From Candidatus Rokuibacteriota bacterium (GTDB lineage Bacteria > Methylomirabilota > Methylomirabilia > Rokubacteriales > CSP1-6), in the NCBI GenBank assembly GCA_036802765.1, contig DAIRVP010000001.1:2153-66152 (forward strand): a DNA stretch of 64,000 nt. Reading direction: 5' to 3'. This document shows positions 18,017 through 26,800 of the stretch, in pieces (position 1 is the stretch's first letter; each line of letters starts with the position of its first letter). A program made the position numbers and the translations under genes. The notes under the pieces are model-generated. The model saw nothing but the letters and a program-made list of their open reading frames with translations, had not been told where the DNA came from and did no database searches.

Positions 18017-18724
18017 ATGGCTGACCTCGCAACGCTCGATCGGACGTACGACTTCATCATGCGGCGAATCATCGCGGACGGACGCGCGCCGCATTACACC
18101 GAGATCGCCTCGGAATTTCGCGTTGCACCCGACGTCGGACTCGGGCTGCTGCGTGATCTCATGGCCGTCGGCCTGCCGAACTGGCTTCATCCTCACACCG
18201 ACCTGATCGCGTCGTTCCCGCCGTTCAACAATCTGCCGACGCAGTACCGCCTCGGCGTCGGCGGCGAGTGGAAGTGGTTCGCGCAGTGCGGCCTCGAAGC
18301 GCTCGCCGCCTGCTGGGCGTTCCCTGGACGCGGCGTGGACATCGAAGCGCCGTGCCTCGACTGCGGCAAGTCCATCGAGGTCACCGTGCGCGATGGCCGG
18401 ATCGAGCGCGCGGTGCCGGCCACGATCCGCTTCTACGTCTCGGTGCCGGTGCGCGACTGGCGCGCGAACATCACCTATACCTGAAGCCACATGAACCTCT
18501 TCCGGTCGGAAGAGGATGCGCGTCGGTGGTCGGACTTCGTGCCTGGCAGCGACGCGGGCATTGTCACGCTCGAACAAGCGATGGCGATCATGAGCACCCC
18601 ACGCCACCGCAACCGATTCGACGGCCGCTACGTTTCGTCGTCGCCGAGCTACGGCGCGGCGTTCTTCGCGAAGCTGCGCGAGGTGACCGGCGGCAGCCCT
18701 TACTGGGAGCCGCCGGCCACCTGA
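18017..18724 (+). CDS. Alkylmercury-lyase (MerB) family protein interrupted by an in-frame TGA at 18482-18484 (candidate Sec codon or nonsense/pseudogene)
   Basis: ORFs 18017..18484 and 18491..18724 are in the same frame. Conserved MerB C-terminal motifs (FxxSVPxxDW; GIVTLEQAMA) lie on both sides of the TGA. Confidence 0.5.
18496..18515 (+). other. SECIS-like hairpin (8-bp perfect stem cctcttcc/ggaagagg, loop GGUC) starting 12 nt after the UGA
   Basis: Seen directly in the sequence. Confidence 0.45.
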
Positions 18725-18736
18725 TCGATCGCCGCG

Positions 18737-19354
18737 CTACTGCAGCGGCGAGAACGAGGACGGCAGGCAGATCTTCGTCTCCTGCGTGATCAGCCGATCG
18801 GCGCCGCCCGGCGGCGGCCACACGCCCTTCTTGCGGGCCTCGTCACGGATCTGCATGCGCTGATCCAGGCTCTGGTATGCCCAGATGTGCACGAAGCCGT
18901 TGGCGCGCCCGAACTCCACGCCGCCCGCAAACACCACCGGCGAGAGCTTGATGCGATCCGGCAGCTTCTCGCTCCAGCCCTTCGCGGTGGCCGGGAGCGA
19001 CCCTCCCTTGAGGGTGTAGTAGCGGATCTCGAAGATCGGGCCCATCCGGCCGGGCTGCGGCGTGGGCACGAAATCGAACGGCGAGATGATCTCCGAGCTC
19101 ATCGTACGGATGAACTCCTGGATCTTCGGCGGCCAGTTCGGGTCCTTGGAGGCCTCGGCGCGGATGCTCGCGCGCTCCGCGAGGTCCTTGTACCCCCAGA
19201 TGTGGATGATCTCGTTGAGCGGCCCGATCTCCGTGTGCAGGAAAGCCGTGAGCGGGGAGTACTTCTTGCGGTGCTCGTACGCCTCGCCGTACCGCTTCTC
19301 GACCTCAGCCAGGCTACCGGGCACGATACCGTAGGTGCGGATCTCGTAGATCAT
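18737..19354 (-). CDS. NIPSNAP-family protein (tandem NIPSNAP domains)
   Basis: MIYEIRTY...IWGYKDLAERASIRA, repeated twice. Confidence 0.75.
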   Translation of the reverse strand: MIYEIRTYGIVPGSLAEVEKRYGEAYEHRKKYSPLTAFLHTEIGPLNEIIHIWGYKDLAERASIRAEASKDPNWPPKIQEFIRTMSSEIISPFDFVPTPQPGRMGPIFEIRYYTLKGGSLPATAKGWSEKLPDRIKLSPVVFAGGVEFGRANGFVHIWAYQSLDQRMQIRDEARKKGVWPPPGGADRLITQETKICLPSSFSPLQ

Positions 19355-19536
19355 GCGCTCTCCTTTCAGACTCCGAACGGTTCAAGGCCGCCCATGCGGC
19401 GCCCAGCCTACGAGGGTGCCGGCCGGGCGTCAACCGGGATGCAGATTGTCTTCCTCGCCGAGCGGCGGTAGCATCCCCGCACTCGTCTCGCGTCGCACGA
19501 ACGTCCGCGCCCCGTGACATCACAGGAGGACTGCTC

Positions 19537-20202
19537 ATGACGACCCCGCGCTCGCGCATCATCGCGAGCAGTGACCTCGGCTGGCAGGAATTCCGGCCTG
19601 GCATCAGCTTCAAAATTTTGTGGGAAGACCCCGCCACGAAACGGCGGGCGCAGATGACGCGCTTCGCGCCGGGCGCCCGGCTGCCTCAGCATCGGCACCT
19701 CGGGGACGAGCTGATCTTCGTCATCGAGGGCGCGCTGACCGACGAGGCGGGAACGGTCACCGCCGGCAACGTCGTGTACCGGCCCAACGGGTGCATCCAC
19801 AACGTCTCGACGCAGAACGGCGCGACGGCCCTCGCCGTGCTCACCGGCGACATCGAGCCGACCGACGACGCGGCCGGCGCGGCGCGCTCGCAGATCGTCA
19901 CGCTGAGCGAGCGGCCGTGGGTCGACGCGCGCCCGGGCGTGCGCCAGAAGCGGATCTGGGAGGACAAATCCACCGAGCGCCGCGCGATTCTGGCGCGCTT
20001 CGAGCCGGGTGCGAAGCTCCCGCTGCATCGTCACGTCGGCGACGAGCTGATCTTTCTGCTCGAGGGCTCCAATGCGGACGAATCGGGCGTCGTGGCCACC
20101 GGCAACCTGAACTACCGCCCGAACGGCTGCGTCCACAGCGTGACGACCCAGAACGGCGCAACGGTATTCGCCGTCGTCTGGGGTCATACAGAACCGGTCT
20201 GA
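19537..20202 (+). CDS. Tandem-cupin protein (ChrR-like cupin domains)
   Basis: Two repeats of ...RF.PGA.LP.HRH.GDELIF..EG...DE.G....GN..YRPNGC.H. Confidence 0.7.
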   Translation: MTTPRSRIIASSDLGWQEFRPGISFKILWEDPATKRRAQMTRFAPGARLPQHRHLGDELIFVIEGALTDEAGTVTAGNVVYRPNGCIHNVSTQNGATALAVLTGDIEPTDDAAGAARSQIVTLSERPWVDARPGVRQKRIWEDKSTERRAILARFEPGAKLPLHRHVGDELIFLLEGSNADESGVVATGNLNYRPNGCVHSVTTQNGATVFAVVWGHTEPV

Positions 20203-20213
20203 GAGGAGTCGAC

Positions 20214-21281
20214 ATGGAGATTCCACGCACGATGAAGGCGACCGTCCTCGTCGCGCCGCACCGCTTCGAGCTGCAAGAGCGGCCCGTGCCGGTGCCCGGC
20301 GACGAAGACGTGCTCGTTCGCGTGCGCGCCTGCGGCGTCTGAGGCACAGATCTGAAAATCATCCACACCGGCATGCCCCAGATGCCGCCGTACGGCGAGT
20401 TCATCTTCGGGCACGAGTACGCGGGCGACGTCGTTGCCATCGGCCGGACCGTGGACGAGTTTCAGGTCGGCGACCGGGTGGTCGTCGAGGCGCACATGGG
20501 CTGCCGTCGCTGCGAGAACTGCATTCGTGGCCTGTACACCGCGTGTCTGAACTACGGCAACGCCAAGCGCGGACACCGCGCGAACGGCTTCACCACCAAC
20601 GGCGGGCTCGCGGAATACGCCGTGAACCACGTCAACACGCTCTATCGGATCCCCGAGGGCGTCTCGTACGAAGAAGCGACGGTCGTGATGACGTCCGGCA
20701 GCCCGCTGTTCGGTCTCGAGAACGCCGGCGGATACTTTGCCGGTGAGACCGTGGCTGTGCTCGGGCCCGGACCGATCGGGCTGATGGCGATCCAGCTGGT
20801 GAAGGCGCTCGGCGCGACGCGCGTGATCCTGACCGGCACGCGAGCCTCGCGGCTGGCCATGGGGCGTCAGCTCGGCGCCGATGTGATCGTGAACAGTCGC
20901 GAGCAAGATCCGATCGAGGCGGTGATGACGGCGACCGGTGGCAAGGGCGCCGACCTCGTCATCGACTGTGCGGGCGCCGACGAGACGTTCGATCAGTCGC
21001 TGAAGATGACGAAGTCGGGCGGCAAGGTGCTGCTCGTCGCGTTCTATCACGGCCCGGTGACCGCCGACGTCAGTCACGCTGTACGCCGCAACGTGACGAT
21101 CTACACCGAGCGCGGCGAGGGCGGCACCAGCGTGGGGCGCGCGCTCGCGCTGCTGGCGGCCGGTCGCCTCACCGCCAAGCCGCTGATCACGCACCAGTTC
21201 CCGCTCTCCCGCGTGCACGAGGCGTTCGACGTGCTCGAAAAACGGATCGGCGATCCTCTGAAAGTCGTTCTCAATCCGTGA
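20214..21281 (+). CDS. Zn-dependent alcohol dehydrogenase (MDR family) with an in-frame TGA at 20340-20342 replacing the catalytic Zn-ligand Cys (candidate Sec or nonsense)
   Basis: ORFs 20214..20342 and 20373..21281 share one frame. Read-through gives VRVRACGV-U-GTDLKIIHTG...GHEYAG...CRRCENC. RBS GAGGAG. Confidence 0.6.
20369..20387 (+). other. Weak hairpin (6-bp stem ccggca(u)/a(u)gccg... loop gccccag) 27 nt after the ADH UGA
   Basis: Seen in the sequence. There is no U in the loop. Less SECIS-like than the other two. Confidence 0.2.
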
Positions 21282-22222
21282 GGCGTGCGCTCGGGCTCGC
21301 CGCCCTCCTGCTGCTGGCAGCAGTCGCGCCGGCGACGGCGTTTCCCGACAAGCCGCTCGAGCTGACCGTGCTCTTCGGGGCCGGCAGCGCCGCGGACCTG
21401 CTCGCGCGCAAGCTCGCGGAGCTCGCTGGGCGCGACCTCGGCCAGCCCGTGGCGGTCGTGAATCGCACCGGCGCCGGCGGCGCGCTCGGGTACACCTACG
21501 TGAAGAGCCAGCCCGCCGACGGCCACGCGCTGGTGTGGAACAGCAACAGCGTCAGCACCGCCTATCACGCCGGCAACATGAAGCTCGACTACAACGCATT
21601 CGCCGGCGTGGCGACGTTGACGAGCGAGCCGGTGTCGCTGGCGGTCAAAGCGGATGCGCCGTGGAAGGCCATCCGCGAGCTGCTCGCGCATGCGAAGGCG
21701 CATCCGGGTCAGGTGCGCATCGGCAACTCGGGCCGCGGCAGCTTCACGCATCTCGTCGCCGTCGCGCTGGAGAACCGCGCCGGCGTCAAGCTGACTCATG
21801 TGCCGTTCGGCCGCGAGCTCGCGGTGACGACGGTGCTCGGCGACAAGATCGAGGCGAGCGTGCAGCTGCCCGCGGAGATCATGGCGCAGATCACCGGCCG
21901 ACAGGTCCGGGTCCTGGCGGTGAGCGGCAACAAGCGCCTCGCCTCCCTGCCCGACGTGCCGACGCTCAAAGAATCCGGCGTCGATCTCACGATGACGCTG
22001 TGGCGGGGCGTGGCGGTGCCGAAGGGCACGCCTCCGGCCGTGATCGTGCGGCTCGAGCGCGCGTTCACACAGGCAGCGCAGAGCGCCGAGTTCCGCGACT
22101 TCGCGACGCGCATGGGCGCCGTCGTCGACGTGCGCGGCGCGGCCGACTTCGATGCGTTCATCGCGCGCGACGACCGCGAGATCGCCGCGCTAATGGAGCA
22201 GATCGGGCTCAGGAAGCAGTAG
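21278..22222 (+). CDS. tctC: Tripartite tricarboxylate transporter substrate-binding protein TctC
   Basis: Bug/TctC family. GTG overlaps the ADH stop. Confidence 0.85.
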   Translation: MRRALGLAALLLLAAVAPATAFPDKPLELTVLFGAGSAADLLARKLAELAGRDLGQPVAVVNRTGAGGALGYTYVKSQPADGHALVWNSNSVSTAYHAGNMKLDYNAFAGVATLTSEPVSLAVKADAPWKAIRELLAHAKAHPGQVRIGNSGRGSFTHLVAVALENRAGVKLTHVPFGRELAVTTVLGDKIEASVQLPAEIMAQITGRQVRVLAVSGNKRLASLPDVPTLKESGVDLTMTLWRGVAVPKGTPPAVIVRLERAFTQAAQSAEFRDFATRMGAVVDVRGAADFDAFIARDDREIAALMEQIGLRKQ

Positions 22223-22224
22223 CG

Positions 22225-22692
22225 GTGGGCCGCGACCGCTGGAGCGCGGCCGGGCTCGCACTGCTGGCCATCATGTATCTCCTCGTCGCCCGGCGTTATC
22301 CCCTCGACACGCTCGCCACGCCAGGCCCGGGCGTCATCCCGCTGATCGCGGGAGTCGCGCTGCTCGCGACGGCGATCTGGCTGTTGATCGTCGCGAGAAC
22401 CGCGAGGCCGGCTCGTGATGTGGGCGGCCTGAGCGGGAGCGGCGCGGCTCCGACACGCCCGATCGAATCGGTGCCTGTTCTCAGGTCGCCGTTCGTGCTG
22501 ACCGCGGCGCTCATCCTCTACGCGGCGCTGCTTCCGCGACTCGGGTTCATCGCCTCCTCGTTCGCACTCGTCGTGCTCGCCTCGCGGCTCATGGGCGCGC
22601 GTGGCTGGTGGCGTCCCGTCGTGCTCGGGCTCGGCGTTGCCGCCACCGCTTACCTGCTCTTCGCGCGCTGGCTCGGCGTGCCGCTGCCGTGA
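22225..22692 (+). CDS. tctB: Tripartite tricarboxylate transporter TctB (small membrane subunit)
   Basis: 4-TM 155-aa protein between tctC and tctA. GTG start. Confidence 0.6.
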   Translation: MGRDRWSAAGLALLAIMYLLVARRYPLDTLATPGPGVIPLIAGVALLATAIWLLIVARTARPARDVGGLSGSGAAPTRPIESVPVLRSPFVLTAALILYAALLPRLGFIASSFALVVLASRLMGARGWWRPVVLGLGVAATAYLLFARWLGVPLP

Positions 22693-24167
22693 GCGAGCTC
22701 TTCGTCGCGCTGACACCGGCGAATCTGCTCGCGTGCTTCGTCGGCACGGTGCTCGGCACGATCGTCGGCGTGCTGCCCGGGCTCGGGCCCGCCGGCGCGA
22801 TGGCCCTGGTGCTGCCGCTCACGATCAAGCTAGGGCCGACGGCCGGTCTGATCATGCTCGCCGGCATCTATTACGGCGCGATGTACGGCGGCTCGACGAC
22901 GTCGATCCTCGTCAACGTGCCCGGCGAGGCGGCGAGCGTCGTGACCACGATCGACGGGTATCGCCTTGCGCGAAAAGGCCGCGCCGGTGCCGCGCTCGCC
23001 ATCGCTGCGATCGCGTCGTTCGTCGCGGGCACGATCAGCGTCGTCGCGCTGCAAGTCGCCGCGCCGTTCGTCGCTCGGGCGGCGCTCGCGTTCGGTCCCG
23101 CGGAATATTTCGCCTTCGCACTGCTCGGTCTCGTGCTGCTCGCGAATCTCACCGGCGGCTCGCGCGCGAAATCGCTCGCGATGGTGCTCACCGGTCTCAT
23201 GCTGTCCACGGTCGGCATGGACCCGCTGGGCGGCACGGTGCGGTTCACGTTCGATCTGGCCGGCGCGCAGGCCGGGCTCAGCTTCGTCGCCGTCACGACG
23301 GGACTCTTCGGTGTCGCCGAGGTGCTTGCGAGCATGGCCGAGCCGGCGGCAAGCAGCGCCGTCGCCCGCGTGCGCTTCCGCGATCTCTATCCGAACCGCG
23401 AGGAGCTGCGTCGCTCGGTGCCGCCGATGCTGCGCGGCACCGTGCTCGGCTTTCTCGTCGGCCTCGTACCGGGACCGGCCGCGACGATCGCGTCGTTCGT
23501 GTCGTACGGCATCGAAAAAAAGGTAAGCAGACATCGTCGCGAGCTCGGCACCGGCGCCATCGAAGGCGTCGCCGGCCCCGAGGCGGCGAACAACGCGGCC
23601 GCCGGTGGCGGGATGATTCCACTACTCTCGCTCGGGCTGCCGTTCACGCCGTCGACGGCGGTGCTGCTGAGCGGGATGCTGCTGATGAGCGTGACGCCGG
23701 GGCCCTTTTTGTTGCGCGACCATCCGAGCGTTTTCTGGGGCGTGATCGGATCCTTCTACGTCGGCAACGTGATGCTGCTCCTGCTCAACCTGCCGCTGGT
23801 CGGCGTCTTCGCGCGCGTCGCCACGATTCCGCCGAAGTATCTGATGCCCGGCGTGCTCGTGCTCTGCGCGGTGGCCGCGTACTCGGACAACAACAACATC
23901 TTCGACGTGTGGGTCATGGTCGTCGCGGGCATCGCCGGCTGGGCGATGCGCGCGCTCGATTTCTCTCCCGCGCCGCTGGTGCTCGGACTCGTGCTCGGCC
24001 CGGTGCTCGAGCGCTCACTGCTGCAGGCGCTGACGATCGCGCGCGGCGAGGTCCGCGGCCTGTGGGCATCGGGCCCCGCCGCGGTCATGCTGGCGGCCGC
24101 CGTGGTCGCCTTCGTCGCGCCGGGTCTCGTGGCGCTGGTCCGCCGAAGCGCCACGCGGACGACTTAG
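22689..24167 (+). CDS. tctA: Tripartite tricarboxylate transporter permease TctA
   Basis: Polytopic membrane protein. GTGA overlap with tctB. Confidence 0.85.
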   Translation: MSELFVALTPANLLACFVGTVLGTIVGVLPGLGPAGAMALVLPLTIKLGPTAGLIMLAGIYYGAMYGGSTTSILVNVPGEAASVVTTIDGYRLARKGRAGAALAIAAIASFVAGTISVVALQVAAPFVARAALAFGPAEYFAFALLGLVLLANLTGGSRAKSLAMVLTGLMLSTVGMDPLGGTVRFTFDLAGAQAGLSFVAVTTGLFGVAEVLASMAEPAASSAVARVRFRDLYPNREELRRSVPPMLRGTVLGFLVGLVPGPAATIASFVSYGIEKKVSRHRRELGTGAIEGVAGPEAANNAAAGGGMIPLLSLGLPFTPSTAVLLSGMLLMSVTPGPFLLRDHPSVFWGVIGSFYVGNVMLLLLNLPLVGVFARVATIPPKYLMPGVLVLCAVAAYSDNNNIFDVWVMVVAGIAGWAMRALDFSPAPLVLGLVLGPVLERSLLQALTIARGEVRGLWASGPAAVMLAAAVVAFVAPGLVALVRRSATRTT

Positions 24168-24185
24168 ACACGCGGACGACTTAGA
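24152..24185. repeat. Perfect 17-bp tandem duplication cacgcggacgacttaga x2 covering the tctA stop
   Basis: Seen directly. The second copy sits in the spacer before the RidA RBS. Confidence 0.6.
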
Positions 24186-24197
24186 AAGGAGGCAACC

Positions 24198-24593
24198 GTG
24201 AATCGTCGGCTCATCAGCTCAGGCTCGACATTCGAACGAGAGATCGGTTACTCGCGAGCGGTCGTCGATGGCGAATGGGTGTTCGTCTCGGGGACGACCG
24301 GCTACGACTACCAGGCGATGACGATTTCGGACAACCTGCTCGAGCAAACCGAGCAGTGCTTGCGCAACATCAAATCTGCGCTCGAGCAGGCCGGCGCCTC
24401 CTTTGCGGACGTCGTGCGCGTCACCTACATCCTCCCTCGGAGCGACGACTTCCCGGCGTGCTGGCCCGTCCTCCGGAAATATTTCGGTGACGTTCGACCG
24501 GCGGCGACGATGATTTCGGCGGGGCTGGCCGACCCCAGGATGCGGATCGAGATCGAAGTCACGGCGCGCCGTCGGGCGGCGGCGGTGGTATAA
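24198..24593 (+). CDS. ridA: RidA/YjgF-family reactive-intermediate deaminase
   Basis: 131 aa, GTG start, RBS AAGGAGG. Confidence 0.8.
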   Translation: MNRRLISSGSTFEREIGYSRAVVDGEWVFVSGTTGYDYQAMTISDNLLEQTEQCLRNIKSALEQAGASFADVVRVTYILPRSDDFPACWPVLRKYFGDVRPAATMISAGLADPRMRIEIEVTARRRAAAVV

Positions 24594-24602
24594 GTCGGGA
24601 CC

Positions 24603-26288
24603 ATGACAAGCGCAGAGCCCATGTACGACGTTGTCTGGCCGCTCGCCCCGTCCGCCGCACCGCCGGGATCACTCGCGGCGCGTTCCCAGGATCTTCGCGG
24701 CAAAACCGTCGGTGAGCTATGGGATTACCTGTTCAAGGGCGAGGAGATCTTTCCCCTCATCCGAACGGCGCTCGAGGCCCGCTATCCCGGTATCCGCTTC
24801 GTCGAGTTCGAGACCTTCGGCTCGACGCACGGCCGCGACGAGAAAGAGCTCGCAGCGACGCTGCCCGGACTGCTGCGCCAGCACGGCTGCGACGCGGTGA
24901 TCTCCGCCGTCGGCGCCTGAGGATCGTGCACGCCCGCCGTGTTGCGGGCCGCCGCGATCGCCGAGCGCGCCGGAGTGCCGAGCGTCTCTATCGTCACGAC
25001 ACCGTTCATGCAGCAGGCCGCGGTCGTGTCCAAGGGCGTCGGCCTGCCGTCGCTGCCGATCGCTGAGTACCCCGGCGTGCCGATGACCGACGGCTCGGAC
25101 GCCGTCGCACGAAAGATCGACGCGCTGTTGCCACAGATCGTGGCGGGCCTCGCCGGCGCCCGCGACGTCGTGCGCACCGCAGTCGCCGAGCCGGGGCCGC
25201 GCGACATCGTGGCGCGTGGCACGCTCGACGAGGTCCAGGAGCTCTATCACCGCAATCTTTGGAGCGACGGGCTGCCGGTGATTCCCCCGACGATCGACCG
25301 CGTCGAGCGCTTTCTCGCTCAAACGCGGCGCGCACCAGACGAAGTGATCGGACGGCTGCTGCCCGAGAACCGTGCGGCCACCGTCTGGAGCATCGCGGTC
25401 AACGGCGTCATGGCAGGCTGCCGGCCCGAATACATGCCGGTCCTCGTTGCTATCGTGGAAGCCATCGCGGAGCCGATCTTCCGCGTCGAGGACGCCGGCT
25501 CGACGCCGGGCTGGGAGCCGCTCGTGATCGTGAGCGGCCCCATCGCCAGGCGTCTCGACCTCAATCACGGTCAGGGCGTGATGCGTGTGGGGCGCCAGGC
25601 CAACACGAGTCTCGGTCGCTTCTTGCGGCTCTACCTTCGCAACGTCGCGGGGCTGCGAATTCCGCCCGGCGCGGGCGACAAGGGCGGCATCGCGGCCTCG
25701 TTCAACGTGGCGCTGGCCGAAGACGAAGACGCCGCTGCCGCGCTGGGATGGCCGACGTTCGGCGCGGACCAAGGCTTCACGCGCGACGACAGCGTGGTCA
25801 CCGTGCAGAGCGTGGTGAGCATCAGCCCGCCGATCTACTCCGCCGGCACGCGCGCGCTCGAGCATGCGCGCATCCTCGCCGAGGTGTTCGGCGGCGCGTG
25901 CAGCTACTGGTCGTCGATCGGCATGAAGTACGCGCGCTGGGAGCCGCTGCTCGTGCTGGGCCCGTCGATCGCGCGTGTGATCGCCGACGACGGCTGGTCG
26001 AAGGACGATCTGCGCCGTTACCTCCACGAGCACGTGACGATCACCGCACGCCAGGCCGAGACGTATGCGCTGCAGGTCGGCGCAACGTCGTTCACGCTCG
26101 ACGCCCACGTCAAGGCCGGCGTGCTGCCCGCCTCCTACGCGACGTCCAGCGATCCGGAACGCGCGGTGCCGGTGTTCGTGCAGCCGGAGAAGATCGGGAT
26201 TCTCGTCGCCGGCGATCCCGGCCGCAATCAGTCCAAAGGCTACGTCAACAACCACATTCAGGGTGGCCGCATCAGCAAGAGGGTTTGA
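24603..26288 (+). CDS. Candidate selenoprotein with a U-G-S-C motif (in-frame TGA 24918-24920) and a long C-terminal domain of unknown function
   Basis: ORFs 24603..24920 and 24939..26288 share one frame. GC3 bias is continuous through the whole 561 codons. Context reads ...HGCDAVISAVGA-U-GSCTPAVLRAAAIAERAGVPS... Confidence 0.55.
24932..24949 (+). other. SECIS-like hairpin (gcccgc / CGUGUU / gcgggc) starting 12 nt after the UGA
   Basis: Seen directly. GU in the apical loop. Confidence 0.45.
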
Positions 26289-26289
26289 T

Positions 26290-26796
26290 ATGGATGCCAA
26301 TGCGAAGAAAACCGCGCTGCGAATGATTCCGTACGGCCTCTACGTCCTCACCGCCGCAGACAAGAGCGGCGGCCGCGTGGCCGCCGGCACCGTGAACTGG
26401 GTGACGCAGGTCGCGTTCGAGCCGCCGCTGGTCGTCGTCGGCGTGAAGACGGACTCGCACGCGCATCCACTCATCAAGGAAACGAAGGCGTTCGCGCTGA
26501 ACGTGCTCGGCAAGGGTCAGCAGGCGATGGCATTCACATTCTTCAAACCGGCCGAGCTCGCCGGCGACACCGTCTCCGGTCAGCCATTTCGTCGCGGCAC
26601 GACGGGGGCGCCGATTCTGAGCAACGCGCCGGCCTTCGTCGAGTGCACGCTCGAGACGACCGTCGAACAAGGCGATCACTCGATCTTCGTCGGCCGCGTC
26701 GTCGAGGCCGGGGTGGCGAAGGCGCCGGACGGGCGACCCGATGACGCCACGCTGTGGCTGCGCGATCTCGGCGACAAGGTTTTCTACGGAGGCTAG
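26290..26796 (+). CDS. Flavin reductase-like (FMN-binding split-barrel) protein
   Basis: MDANAKKTALRMIPYGLYVLTA... Start overlaps the upstream stop. Confidence 0.8.
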   Translation: MDANAKKTALRMIPYGLYVLTAADKSGGRVAAGTVNWVTQVAFEPPLVVVGVKTDSHAHPLIKETKAFALNVLGKGQQAMAFTFFKPAELAGDTVSGQPFRRGTTGAPILSNAPAFVECTLETTVEQGDHSIFVGRVVEAGVAKAPDGRPDDATLWLRDLGDKVFYGG

Positions 26797-26800
26797 GCGC

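Noticed and set aside
20347-20354. cagatctg palindrome just after the ADH UGA as a SECIS element
   Set aside because: It is a perfect 8-nt palindrome with no loop and cannot form a stable hairpin. Only a weaker downstream stem was recorded, at low confidence.
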